DNA of 64,000 bases from a virus (IMGVR_UViG_3300028887_000069:52898-116897); one strand, 5' to 3'; shown: positions 10,078 through 20,025, counted from the stretch's first letter. Notes: generated by a model from the letters alone, not told the origin. Numbers and translations are program-made.

Positions 10078-11011
10078 GCGTATATTCGGCTTTGCAGGAA
10101 GAATGCGAAGCGGAAAGGGAAGTCTCTCAAACGCCGTGAAGGAGAATTTCGACGGTGAAATAATAACCGTTGCCGACGCATTGAAAAGGCTTGTCATAGA
10201 AATGATTCCCAATGTATGCTCCAACATCATGGAACTTAATGCTGTGAAAAACAGAGGTGATGTCTTGGACTGCGGCATAAGCGATAAGGATATAAAACTT
10301 ATTTCCGACAACACCTCCGTTCCATATGAGGATGTTGAGCGTGAATGCAAGGATAAGAAACAGTGGGTTGACGTCAGGGACATGCTGCAGTTCATAGGAA
10401 CCAACATAATACGCAAGTACAATCCTGATTGGCATGTGGAAAAACTCATATCCAATATACAGAACAGTTCCAAGGATACTGTATGTGTTGACGACGTGCG
10501 TTTCCCTAATGAAAGACAGGCAATCGAGAAATTTGGCGGTACGGTATTCTTTGTCATCAGACCCCAAAGCGAGATATTGACAAACCACCCTGCCGAAACA
10601 TCACTTGTGTGGCAGAATTTCCTCAACAAAAGGATTATCATCAACGACAGCAGTGAAAACGTTCTACAGGAAAATTTCGTACAGGCGGTGAAAGACGATT
10701 TCAGATGGCAGTCGGAAAACAGGATATTCCTTTCAGCCAATGAAAACTATTTCTCGGATAATGTGAGTTTCGGGTATGAGCATCGCAACGAAAACCTTCA
10801 TCTCATGTATGAGTTGATTAAGGAAAACAAAGACCAACCGCTTTTCCAAAAACACGGTATAATAACTTATGATGCCGATAATGCAACCGACGCAAACAGG
10901 TTTGTCATGCGTGTGCAGAAACACTCAAAGGAAATATACCATTGCGGTCACAGATTTGTCTTCTACAACCCGTTGATATTTGAAAATCTGAAAATACACT
11001 TAACTACTTGA
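10049..11011 (+). CDS. P-loop NTPase, phage dNMP-kinase-like, 320 aa
   Basis: N-terminal RIFGFAGRMRSGKGS P-loop resembles phage deoxynucleoside-monophosphate kinases. Confidence 0.4.
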   Translation: MELSNPTTNKRIFGFAGRMRSGKGSLSNAVKENFDGEIITVADALKRLVIEMIPNVCSNIMELNAVKNRGDVLDCGISDKDIKLISDNTSVPYEDVERECKDKKQWVDVRDMLQFIGTNIIRKYNPDWHVEKLISNIQNSSKDTVCVDDVRFPNERQAIEKFGGTVFFVIRPQSEILTNHPAETSLVWQNFLNKRIIINDSSENVLQENFVQAVKDDFRWQSENRIFLSANENYFSDNVSFGYEHRNENLHLMYELIKENKDQPLFQKHGIITYDADNATDANRFVMRVQKHSKEIYHCGHRFVFYNPLIFENLKIHLTT

Positions 11012-11384
11012 TATAGTTTACGGACAGCATTCCGTCACGACTTATCTTGTTGTCCAACCAATCGTCAACAACCTGCTTGATGAACTTTTTCCTGTCATCA
11101 TCATCCTTGATATTCGAGGCGAATTTGGAATCAAGTTTTGAAAGCAGTTTTTCCACACTTATGGTTTGAAGCGGTTGCCCTGAAACACTCAGCACCTGTA
11201 CCGCATTCTTCTCCACAACATCACCGTTCTCGTCTATGTCGTCATATTTAGCCTTGGCAAAATGTTTGTCAAGGTATCTCTTTATTGCCGACACCAAATG
11301 TATGTTTATGACAAATGCCTCGGTCAGTGCATTCTCATACGCTTCCCTTAACTGATTTTCCGTTATGTAGACAACCTTACTCAT
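11004..11384 (-). CDS. Hypothetical protein, 126 aa, with shared N-terminal motif MSKVVYITENQLREAYE
   Basis: ORF translationally coupled (ATGA overlap) to the upstream Clp ATPase gene. Confidence 0.45.
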   Translation of the reverse strand: MSKVVYITENQLREAYENALTEAFVINIHLVSAIKRYLDKHFAKAKYDDIDENGDVVEKNAVQVLSVSGQPLQTISVEKLLSKLDSKFASNIKDDDDRKKFIKQVVDDWLDNKISRDGMLSVNYIK

Positions 11385-13864
11385 TTATCACTGCTTTCAT
11401 TATAAATATCTGAATATTTGATTTTGTATCCTTTCTTAGGTGTATTCTCCAAAAGGTAGTCAGTCAACTTGTCCTCCAATTGGCGACGCAATTCCCTGAG
11501 TATCGGTCTTGCACCGTATTCAGACTCTTTCTTGACCTCCTTGAAGATATTCTTCGGAAGTTCGCCCTCAAAGATTGACTCATCAAAAGCATAGCCGAGT
11601 TTTTTTACACGTTCCTCGATTTTCCCTATCTCTATCTTTATGATGGTCTTGAGGTTATCGTCAGTCAGTTTGTTCATGAACATTATCTCGTCAATCCTGT
11701 TTATGAACTCGGGTGGAAGTTTTTTCTTGATTGTGGACAATATAATGTCCCTATCCCTTACATCCTCGTTTTTGTCGCCAAAACCAATCAAAGGTTTCTT
11801 GTTGGCGGCTTCCTTTGTCCCGATATTGGATGTCATCAATATGATAACGTTCCTGAAATCAACGGTGTTTCCCTTGTTGTCTGTCAGTCTTCCCTCGTCG
11901 AATACCTGAAGGAACGTATTGTATATCTCCTCATTGGCTTTCTCTATCTCGTCAAGCAGAAGCACACAGTGGTTGTTTTTCTTTATTGCCTCAGTCAACA
12001 GACCACCCTCATCATAACCGACGTAGCCCGCCGAACTTCCTATCAGTTTGTTCACACTGATTTTGTCAGCATACTCACTCATGTCAAGCCTGACCATGTT
12101 CTTCTCACTACCGAAAACCTCCTCGGCGACTTTCTTTGCCAAGAAAGTCTTTCCGCATCCGCTTGTTCCTGACATCAGGCATACCACAGGCTTGTCGGGA
12201 TTGCCTAATCCAACCCTCTGCCGTCTGACCGCCTTGCACAGAATCTCAACCGCCTCATCCTGTCCGATAACCTTTTCCTTAAGACGACTGTCAATGTTCT
12301 TAAGTTTCTCGAGTTCGGTCTTGCCAATCTCGCCCACAGGGATGTCTGTTTTCTTTGATACGCATTCGTACAGTGACTTGAGCGTTACAGGCAGAGGTTT
12401 CTTTTCACTCAACATCTTCTTCTCATAAAGGTTTATCTCGCTCTTCTTCTTGACCTCGTCGGCACAGAGTTCGTCGTACTTTTCATACGATTCCGAATCC
12501 GACTTTGTCTTGATTTCATCTATCTTGTTCTGTATCTCTATCAGTTCAGATACGAGTTTGTCAAGATTATCGTCGTTTTTGACCTTCATCAACTCAGTGG
12601 CCGCTGCAGTGTCAAGTATGTCACTTACGGTATAGATATCAGCATTGCCGAAGAAACGTTGCGACAGGTTTATTGCGGTGGTTATCACATCGTCGGAATA
12701 TGTCACAAAGTGGTATTTCTCATACTTGGCGGCAACCTTCTTTATGATGTCGAATTTGTCTTTCCCATCCTTGTCAGTCAAGACAATCTTCTCAAAACGC
12801 CTTACAAGGTTTTTGTTTGGCTCAATGTATTTCGAATAGTTGTCATGCGTTGTGGTACATATGAACATTATGTTCTTGTTGTTCAGTATGTCCTCCAACA
12901 TGACGTCAGTTGCAACCTCAGTGAATTTGCTGTTTGGCGAAAGGATTGAGTTTATGTCGTCAATGAAAAAAATGTACCTGCCGCTTTTGGCTGCGGTTTC
13001 GATGATGTTTTGGTACTTTGACTCGAAACCACCCCTGAAGCCCGTGCCCGATGTCAACGATATGAAATCCATCTTCATGAGTTTCTTGTCCTTGAAATAC
13101 TTGGGCACGTCACCGTCCACAATCATGTTGGCGATGTGCTGCACAGTACAGGTCTTTCCGCAACCCGACTCTCCCACCACTATCACGTTGTTCTTGTCTC
13201 TTTTCAATAGTGCGGTGAAAATTTTGTCAATGATTTCACCGTTTCCGATTGCCTTGTCCAACTTGCCGCTGATTGCCATCTTGTTCAAGTCAATCAGGTT
13301 TTTCTCAACATCGGTGTTTTCGGGGTATTTCCCACTTGCGGGTTGTGTCTTGGGTGTATTCTCGGTTTCCTTTTTCTGTTTGCTTTTGGGCTTGCGTTTC
13401 TCCTTCGTCTGTGTATCGGCAACGGTGTCGGCATTTTCAGCAATGGTGCTTTCCATCACACTTTCAATCTGTGAGGTTGTTATTCCGTATTTCTTGAAAA
13501 CCTTATACGAGTTCTCGTCAAGCAGTAACAGAATGTCCAGAAACAGGCAGGAATTTATCACGTCACCTTTCTCGTTGCATTTCTCAAGAACCTCGTCGTA
13601 TATCTTATCGTATTTCGGTTCTGCACCTGACATCGGGGTTGTGTTTGAGAGTTCGGTATAACAGTCGTTTTCCAGACTGTTCAGGCTTTCGGTGAAAAAA
13701 AGTTTCTCCAACGCCTTGTAAGCAAGACAGTCTTTATTGGAGAGAACTGAATATATGTAATAATATGAACTTATCTTCTCGGTGGGAAACTGCGACACAA
13801 GGTCTTTCTTTATATAGTTGAATACAACCTTTGCCTCGTTTGTGAACGTATATTTTTCTGCCAT
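11381..13864 (-). CDS. Clp-family double-AAA+ ATPase (ClpB/ClpC-like), 827 aa
   Basis: Clp_N-like N-domain; D1 Walker A GESGCGKT; coiled-coil linker; D2 VIGQDEAVEIL...GTSGCGKT. Confidence 0.75.
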   Translation of the reverse strand: MAEKYTFTNEAKVVFNYIKKDLVSQFPTEKISSYYYIYSVLSNKDCLAYKALEKLFFTESLNSLENDCYTELSNTTPMSGAEPKYDKIYDEVLEKCNEKGDVINSCLFLDILLLLDENSYKVFKKYGITTSQIESVMESTIAENADTVADTQTKEKRKPKSKQKKETENTPKTQPASGKYPENTDVEKNLIDLNKMAISGKLDKAIGNGEIIDKIFTALLKRDKNNVIVVGESGCGKTCTVQHIANMIVDGDVPKYFKDKKLMKMDFISLTSGTGFRGGFESKYQNIIETAAKSGRYIFFIDDINSILSPNSKFTEVATDVMLEDILNNKNIMFICTTTHDNYSKYIEPNKNLVRRFEKIVLTDKDGKDKFDIIKKVAAKYEKYHFVTYSDDVITTAINLSQRFFGNADIYTVSDILDTAAATELMKVKNDDNLDKLVSELIEIQNKIDEIKTKSDSESYEKYDELCADEVKKKSEINLYEKKMLSEKKPLPVTLKSLYECVSKKTDIPVGEIGKTELEKLKNIDSRLKEKVIGQDEAVEILCKAVRRQRVGLGNPDKPVVCLMSGTSGCGKTFLAKKVAEEVFGSEKNMVRLDMSEYADKISVNKLIGSSAGYVGYDEGGLLTEAIKKNNHCVLLLDEIEKANEEIYNTFLQVFDEGRLTDNKGNTVDFRNVIILMTSNIGTKEAANKKPLIGFGDKNEDVRDRDIILSTIKKKLPPEFINRIDEIMFMNKLTDDNLKTIIKIEIGKIEERVKKLGYAFDESIFEGELPKNIFKEVKKESEYGARPILRELRRQLEDKLTDYLLENTPKKGYKIKYSDIYNESSDK

Positions 13865-13886
13865 TTCTTAACTTGTCTATGATATT

Positions 13887-13901
13887 AAATATAAAAATAT
13901 T
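13887..13901 (-). promoter_or_regulatory. Late-type motif variant before the Clp ATPase gene
   Basis: taaatataaaaatat. Confidence 0.4.
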
Positions 13902-13914
13902 CAAGACATAAACC

Positions 13915-13942
13915 AAGACGTTTCAAAAAAATAGTATATTTG
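13915..13942 (+). promoter_or_regulatory. Middle-type promoter box aaaaatagTAtaTTTG before the KTSC gene
   Basis: Same conserved box as at 8838-8853. Confidence 0.5.
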
Positions 13943-13963
13943 CGGAAACAAAAATAACAAAAC

Positions 13964-14494
13964 ATGGTAATCTACAACAAATACGTAAACAAGGTCGACC
14001 ACACGTGGTACGACAGCAGCAACTTGGTGTACAGTGCCTGCTATGACGCAGAGAACGAGAACAAGACACTGAAAATTGTCTTCAAGGGAGGCAGAACATA
14101 TATCTACAAGGATGTTTCGCCCGAAGACTACGTCGCTTTCTCGAAGGGTGCGTCATCCAACGGTGAGGCGTTCAACAAGAACATCGTCAAAAAATACAAG
14201 GGAGTCAGGCTCGGTGACACCGACTTGGACAAACTCGAGGAACTGAAGAAATCCTTCATCGAGGACAACACAGCTATCGAAACCGCCATGTCTAACTTGG
14301 CTTACCACCTCGAAATAAATGAAAAGACGGGTGAGTTCAGACTGTTGCTCAACGGCAAACCGATTTATGAGGGAACTGAAGGGAAAGTGTCTATCGTAAA
14401 CCTCTTCGCTTCCATGCATATACTCTATTCCATATCCGAAATGGAAAAACCGTTGTCAACAAGTGACGATTTTGAAAAGGAGAACATTGTATAG
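13964..14494 (+). CDS. KTSC-domain protein, 176 aa
   Basis: SSNLVYSACYDAENENKTLKIVFKGGRTYIYKDVSPEDYVAFSKGASSNGEAFNKNI matches the KTSC fold pattern common in phage proteins; a TAtaTTTG promoter box lies upstream. Confidence 0.5.
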   Translation: MVIYNKYVNKVDHTWYDSSNLVYSACYDAENENKTLKIVFKGGRTYIYKDVSPEDYVAFSKGASSNGEAFNKNIVKKYKGVRLGDTDLDKLEELKKSFIEDNTAIETAMSNLAYHLEINEKTGEFRLLLNGKPIYEGTEGKVSIVNLFASMHILYSISEMEKPLSTSDDFEKENIV

Positions 14495-14516
14495 TATTTA
14501 CAACAAAATATAATCT

Positions 14517-14903
14517 ATGAATATTGTAAGAAATTTAGGAGACCGCTACAAAGTGCTCAGCGGTTTACAGACAGCCATCCTCATAGAAGAGACATTGGAA
14601 AAAGAGGGGTGTCCCTTGAGCGACCATCAAAAACGCAGACTCCGCGATTCATTCGGCAACAGTGGAAACAGGGGCAACCTTGACATGCCGTTCATCGCTT
14701 ATGCGTGGGAAGAGGAAAAACCGAGCGGAAACATAGGTTGGCGCATCTCCGCACCGTTCATGTATTTATATGCTATCATAATGTCATTCATTATCCAACC
14801 AATTAAATGGGTTTTGACAGGCAAATACTATTGGGGGCAAAAATCTCCAATATCGAGGTTTGGCGTGAATTGGTACAACAAAGTAACAAACAGGAGATGG
14901 TAG
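14517..14903 (+). CDS. Hypothetical protein, 128 aa
   Basis: ORF only. Confidence 0.35.
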   Translation: MNIVRNLGDRYKVLSGLQTAILIEETLEKEGCPLSDHQKRRLRDSFGNSGNRGNLDMPFIAYAWEEEKPSGNIGWRISAPFMYLYAIIMSFIIQPIKWVLTGKYYWGQKSPISRFGVNWYNKVTNRRW

Positions 14904-14904
14904 T

Positions 14905-15132
14905 ATGAAAACAATGATATTTTTTGAAGACCTCTTTGAGAGTCTTTCGGAATTTGACAAAAGGAGTTTTCTCGAATATGTGGCGAAATATGTTCCCATG
15001 AATTTGGAGAATGCAACCACGGAGGAACTGATTGATGAATTGAAAAACCGTGGCGATGCCGAGCCAAATGACATTTTCGATGAGGATGCCCTGATTGAGG
15101 CTGTAGAAGAGTTAGGTTATAATGTAGAATAA
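14905..15132 (+). CDS. Hypothetical acidic protein, 75 aa
   Basis: ORF with AGGAG-type SD. Confidence 0.35.
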   Translation: MKTMIFFEDLFESLSEFDKRSFLEYVAKYVPMNLENATTEELIDELKNRGDAEPNDIFDEDALIEAVEELGYNVE

Positions 15133-15133
15133 A

Positions 15134-15586
15134 ATGGTTGATATATCGGAAGATAGAAACAAGTTGGAGAAATATATCCTGAGATTCACCGACGATGTTG
15201 TGAAATCCACAAGGTCGTCGTACTATCGGTTTCCTGGATATATAGTGCGTGTGTCCGACCATATAGGCACCAATTCCTCGGGATTCTTCTCAATAATCCC
15301 TGTAGGGAACGACAACTATATAATACACAAGCATACGAACGGCAGTTTGAAACTCTGTTCCTATAATGAAATTAAAGATTTTGTCAAGCATATAGGCGAG
15401 TTCTCGGAATTCATGATACCGCAGCCGCAACCGAATTGGGAATTGGCCAAGAACGAGGCGGTTGTACAGGACGGCAACGTCAACGCCGACTTGGTGTTTG
15501 GGATAAACAAGAAATACTTCAGCCCCGGACAGATTAACGCAATCGAACAGATAGTAAATCAAATCAAGCAAAAGAACAAACTATGA
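15134..15586 (+). CDS. Hypothetical protein, 150 aa
   Basis: ORF only. Confidence 0.4.
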   Translation: MVDISEDRNKLEKYILRFTDDVVKSTRSSYYRFPGYIVRVSDHIGTNSSGFFSIIPVGNDNYIIHKHTNGSLKLCSYNEIKDFVKHIGEFSEFMIPQPQPNWELAKNEAVVQDGNVNADLVFGINKKYFSPGQINAIEQIVNQIKQKNKL

Positions 15587-15879
15587 CGACAGGTACGGTA
15601 ATATATCTAAGCGGTGCATTGTTTTTCACTGCGGTTGCATATATAGTATTGGAATACATGAACAAGCATTCCGACATATCCTTCTTCGAATACACCGACA
15701 AGTCGGAAGGCATGGTCTATGCGGCGTTGTTTGGTGTACTATGGGAATTTTCCGTTCCAATTGTCATTGCCGCTTGCATAGTGTGGGTTATCTACTTCTT
15801 CCTGCAACCGATTGTTACAAAGTTGATAGATTTCATCTCCAACCTTTTCCGAAAACGGGATAGCGGCAGAAGTTTATAA
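15583..15879 (+). CDS. Small membrane protein, 98 aa
   Basis: ORF with two hydrophobic segments. Confidence 0.4.
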   Translation: MTTGTVIYLSGALFFTAVAYIVLEYMNKHSDISFFEYTDKSEGMVYAALFGVLWEFSVPIVIAACIVWVIYFFLQPIVTKLIDFISNLFRKRDSGRSL

Positions 15880-16071
15880 ACCTATTCAAAAGTAGTCAAA
15901 AGTGTCTAAAACTAACTCGTATAAATATATTGTAGTTTGACACTATTTATATAATGGAAACTGAAGCAGAGAGCAGTTCCAAAATAACAGTAAAGATATA
16001 TAGAGGTTTTATCCTTGTCGGTTCTCTCTGCAACTATAACCGCAAGTTTAATACCTCTTTTTTATTGGAAT

Positions 16072-17712
16072 ATGGTCATAGACAGCAAATACACGAAAAT
16101 TTTCAAATCAAACGGACTGACACGTCAAAAATATGACGAGTTGGTTGGGTTCGCTCTTATGCTGCGTGACCACAAGAACCTTGTTTCCGAATATGTCAAC
16201 TCCAATCTTGAACACTACCTTGAATACAGCAAACTTGACTTCTTGAAGGAAATGCGCGCAACATACAAGGATGCCATTCCAAGTTCGTTTGATGTTCAGT
16301 TATACACTCAAGTGTTCAACTGTTACCAGAACAAGTTTGAGGCAATCCGCAAGCACCTTGACTTTGAAGTCGTGAGATTTGTTGGTTTTGAGTTCTACAA
16401 GCGTGACACCAAAAAGAACAAGAAAGGCGACTTGAAAAAGGTTGTGACAGAAAAGTCAAAAACACCTCTAACAATATGTCTAACATACCTTGCAAGGTAC
16501 GGAAACGAGAACACGCTTGACTATATCGCCAAGCAGTTGGAGACCTGCGATGAAAAGAAACGTGAGTTTTACAACAACATACTGCGTTGTTGTGAGAAAT
16601 TCGGTTTTGAACGTCTGTTTGAACTCGCTTTGCGTAAACGTAACAGAATCATAAAACGGTATTCTGAATATCCGATTGAGTTCAAGTCCTTGTCATTCGG
16701 GGGAAGGTGCAGAAAAACAAGAATCATTGACTACAACAAGAAGTTCGGTTCAGTCATCAACTCCTTTGTCAGTCTGTCGGGAATCGGAAGAAAGTCGTTT
16801 GATATTCCCGTTAAGTTTAACAAGGATTGGCACGGCAGTATGAGAGACTACAGCAAAACAAATCCCGACTATGAGTATGTGCTTACGTTCAACGAAAAAT
16901 ACCATCAAGTGAACATCAACTTGTGCAAGGACGGAGAGAGGTATATACCAGAAGCGGGTGACAATGTTGTTGGTATTGACGTTAATTGCAAGCACAACTT
17001 GTTCAGTCTTTCAAACGAGACAACTTATGATTACAATCGACAACTTGTGAAGGATTTCTGCAAACTGTCGTTGGTGGTTGACGAACTGAAGAAGGACAAG
17101 AACTACACCATCGGCAAGCGCAAGCAGCAGAAACTTGACACCTTGAAGATGAAGATGCTGAAATCCGAGCAACAACTCATTTCAGGTATGTGCAAGGAAC
17201 TGATGATGGATGGTGTGAACCACATCGTTATGGAAGACCTTGACAACGGTTTTGGAAGGTGCTACGTCAAGGACAAGGACAACGAGGATATAAACTACAA
17301 CAGAAAGGTCAAGTTTCTTGGTTTAAGTTCATTAAAACAAGAGGTTGAACACATAGCAAGGAAGTACGGAATCGCATTGTCAACCGTACAAGCGAGTTAC
17401 ACAAGCAAAATGTGTCCGATTTGCGGTTGCATTGCCGATGAGAACAGACCAAATCAAGAAACATTCGAGTGTATTGAGTGTGGACACGAAGATAACGCCG
17501 ACGTGAATGCGGCGATTAATATAAGGAATAGAGTGGCTGTAACCGTGTTGCAGCAGAAACTCTTAAAACAACGCGATAACAAATCCTTTGAACCTAAACG
17601 TCTCAAGCGCGAGAAAGTGAAAGAGATATTGTTATCGTTCCGAAGAGACTTGCTGAAAAATGCAGGTAGTGAATGTAATAAAAGTATGATGAATACTTTT
17701 GATTATGTTTAA
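16072..17712 (+). CDS. TnpB/Cas12f-like RuvC nuclease with C-terminal zinc finger, 547 aa from the first ATG
   Basis: RuvC-I VVGIDVNCKHNLF; RuvC-II HIVMEDLDNG; zinc finger plus RuvC-III CPICGCIADENRPNQETFECIECGHEDNADVNAAINIRNR. The catalytic D/E/D appear intact. Confidence 0.7.
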   Translation: MVIDSKYTKIFKSNGLTRQKYDELVGFALMLRDHKNLVSEYVNSNLEHYLEYSKLDFLKEMRATYKDAIPSSFDVQLYTQVFNCYQNKFEAIRKHLDFEVVRFVGFEFYKRDTKKNKKGDLKKVVTEKSKTPLTICLTYLARYGNENTLDYIAKQLETCDEKKREFYNNILRCCEKFGFERLFELALRKRNRIIKRYSEYPIEFKSLSFGGRCRKTRIIDYNKKFGSVINSFVSLSGIGRKSFDIPVKFNKDWHGSMRDYSKTNPDYEYVLTFNEKYHQVNINLCKDGERYIPEAGDNVVGIDVNCKHNLFSLSNETTYDYNRQLVKDFCKLSLVVDELKKDKNYTIGKRKQQKLDTLKMKMLKSEQQLISGMCKELMMDGVNHIVMEDLDNGFGRCYVKDKDNEDINYNRKVKFLGLSSLKQEVEHIARKYGIALSTVQASYTSKMCPICGCIADENRPNQETFECIECGHEDNADVNAAINIRNRVAVTVLQQKLLKQRDNKSFEPKRLKREKVKEILLSFRRDLLKNAGSECNKSMMNTFDYV

Positions 17713-17804
17713 TTCTTCGGATTAACGTTTTTTAGGAAAATAAATTTGGCAGTAAGGGAAAAAGGCGTTAATTTTGCAAACGTTAAACTTAAAAAAGAAA
17801 AAGA

Positions 17805-18821
17805 ATGAAAGGTCCAATGTTTTTTAGCGACAAGGCACCCGTATTTAAAAACCGTGCCTTGGAGATTTGGTTGCGGGACATACAGAAATACAAGGTACTG
17901 TCCGTGCAAGAGGAAGAGGATGTGATACGCAGGTACAAGGAAGGGGACCGTTCTGCTTTGGACATACTAATCCAGAGCAACCAACGGTTTGTGTACAAAA
18001 TGGCGAAAACGTTTTCCAAGGATGCCGACACGATACTTGAATTGATATCGGAAGGCAACTTGGCGTTATTCGACGCAATTGACAGGTTCGACCTCACAAG
18101 AGGATACAAGTTCATGTCATACGCCGTATGGTTCATAAAGCGCAATATGCTTGAATATTTTTACCATAACGGTTTGGTAAACCATTACGTCTCCCGAGAC
18201 ATAATGTGCAGGGCAAACCGTATCAAACATAAATGGTTCCAGGAAAACGGGTATGACATACCGTTGGATATACTCAGGGATAAGGTTAACGAAGAACAGC
18301 CAATGCGGACTGTCCGTGACAAGATGTTCTTTGCCGACATAACCATCAAGTACGACGGTGACTACTGTGAGACCAACGAAGCCGAGGAATGCAGCCTGAT
18401 AAACACGGTTCGACCATCCATGAACAAATGCGAGGAGATTTTCGAGCGTGAGGATGAAATGAAGCGGGTCGAGTATTATCTTGACGCTGTCTGCAACAAT
18501 GACGCCGAGAAAAACATAATGATTGACAAATACGGACTGTTCGGGAACGAGCAGTTGGGTGAGGCAAGCCTATGTATGAAATATGGAATCGAAGCGTGGT
18601 ATATAGGTTATCTCAACCTTAAGATAATGAGGGCTATGAATCAGTTCGCCAAGACAGGAACCGTTCCAAAGAAACGCAAGACAAAGGTCGGTTCAAGGAT
18701 TGAAGAAAACCTTAAAGCCGGAAAGAAAGGTGTTTCCGTTTCCGCAAAAGCCCAAGTGAGTGTAAAGAAGAAAGAAAAAACCACTCCAAAACGTAAAACA
18801 AAATCGGCTTGTGGCTCTTAA
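17805..18821 (+). CDS. Sigma-70-family factor with a lysine-rich C-terminal tail
   Basis: Region 2 ALDILIQSNQRFVYKMAKTF...GNLALFDAIDRFDLTRGYKFMSYAVWFIKRNM; a region-4-like HTH; KKRKTK...KKKEKTTPKRKTKS tail. A TAatTTTG promoter lies upstream. Confidence 0.7.
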   Translation: MKGPMFFSDKAPVFKNRALEIWLRDIQKYKVLSVQEEEDVIRRYKEGDRSALDILIQSNQRFVYKMAKTFSKDADTILELISEGNLALFDAIDRFDLTRGYKFMSYAVWFIKRNMLEYFYHNGLVNHYVSRDIMCRANRIKHKWFQENGYDIPLDILRDKVNEEQPMRTVRDKMFFADITIKYDGDYCETNEAEECSLINTVRPSMNKCEEIFEREDEMKRVEYYLDAVCNNDAEKNIMIDKYGLFGNEQLGEASLCMKYGIEAWYIGYLNLKIMRAMNQFAKTGTVPKKRKTKVGSRIEENLKAGKKGVSVSAKAQVSVKKKEKTTPKRKTKSACGS

Positions 18822-18989
18822 TATCCCTGTCGTTCAGGATATGTGACAAAATCTCTTTATGGTCTCTGATTGGTAAGGTGTAGGCGTTTTCAATTGTTAC
18901 CTTACCTTTTTCAATCTTATAGGTGATGAGTCTCATATACCATAAATATCCAGAAAAAGTCTTTAATCTTTTTTATTAAAAAAGTACGT

Positions 18990-20018
18990 ATGATTAAAAG
19001 CATAACATTTACAGGAGAAAGAGGGTACATCGGAGAACGATGGACTGAAAAAGACAAACCTGCCAAACCCAAGAAAACTGATTGTCGGTACAGGAAATAT
19101 TCGTTCGAAACCCACCGTGATGTGGTTGACGACGAGAAATTCAATGACGACATGGAACGGTATAAGGAAGAAATGAAGACATACCGAAAGGTTAAGAATC
19201 AATACAAAGTATCCTGTTCCGAAATCCTTGTCGGTCGCAAGTTCGAATTCGCATCAGACAAAATAAACCTTATCTTCGGTCCAAATGCCTCGGGCAAGAC
19301 CACAATCATCAAGGGAATTGCGGCACATGCTTTCTGCAAGGACGGCTTTTCCTCATTTGTCAGACCGATTGATTTCCGCATTGGGTTTGGCGAAAAACGG
19401 GCACCTGAGAAATATACCGCAGAATTACTAAACTTAATAGGCAACACCTCAAGCGTGGTGGAGTGGGACGGAAGCCCGATTTATTTCCATAATTTCGACA
19501 ATCGCCCGAACTATGGGTCCATCGGCGACTTGCAGGGTTCGATTATCGAGAATACGGCCGAAGAGCTAATGTATATTATGGATAAAAACCAACAGTCGGC
19601 AGGACAGACCATGTTCTATCAGTTCCACAAACTCGCGGGCATGATGTCAAGGAACGTGACCTACGACGATTTGCTGAACAAGCCATACGGGAAATACGGC
19701 AAATCGGATAAGGACAACCCGTGGCGCTTGGCATATGACGCACAGGAAGCATACTACAGGTCGTTCCCGATGGCATACAACCCAAACGGACAGAACACCT
19801 ACCTCTTCGATGAAATCGACAAGTCGATGGACATACTGAACATACATGCACTCTATGCAAGCATATTGCCAGGCATGATGAAAAAGTACAACAAACAAAT
19901 CATAATCATATCACACTCCCCGATAGTGCTAAGTGATGAAGTTTATAACTCCGACAAGTACAACTTCATCTCGATGGATGAGGAATACACAGAGAAATGT
20001 AGGAAAATTTTATCATAA
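18990..20018 (+). CDS. ABC-type (AAA_21-like) ATPase, 342 aa
   Basis: Walker A IFGPNASGKTT; signature-like QSAGQ; Walker B YLFDEID; H-loop IIIISHSP. Confidence 0.6.
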   Translation: MIKSITFTGERGYIGERWTEKDKPAKPKKTDCRYRKYSFETHRDVVDDEKFNDDMERYKEEMKTYRKVKNQYKVSCSEILVGRKFEFASDKINLIFGPNASGKTTIIKGIAAHAFCKDGFSSFVRPIDFRIGFGEKRAPEKYTAELLNLIGNTSSVVEWDGSPIYFHNFDNRPNYGSIGDLQGSIIENTAEELMYIMDKNQQSAGQTMFYQFHKLAGMMSRNVTYDDLLNKPYGKYGKSDKDNPWRLAYDAQEAYYRSFPMAYNPNGQNTYLFDEIDKSMDILNIHALYASILPGMMKKYNKQIIIISHSPIVLSDEVYNSDKYNFISMDEEYTEKCRKILS

Positions 20019-20025
20019 AAAACAT

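Noticed and set aside
9456-10740. Long minus-strand ORFs (9456-9977, 9724-10740, 10127-10588) antisense to the dam and dNMP-kinase-like genes
   Set aside because: They are antisense shadows of well-supported plus-strand genes, and their composition is hydrophobic or low-complexity.
15925-15950. Sigma-70-like TTGACA / TATAAT pair upstream of the TnpB-like gene
   Set aside because: The spacer is only about 7 nt, and the rest of the genome uses Bacteroidota-type TTTG/TAnnTTTG promoters.
18712-18936. 74-aa minus-strand ORF overlapping the sigma gene 3' end, with a late-like box (ggatatttatggtat) abutting its ATG
   Set aside because: The ORF is antisense to sigma coding sequence over half its length and has no leader. 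A short real gene confined to 18822-18936 cannot be excluded.
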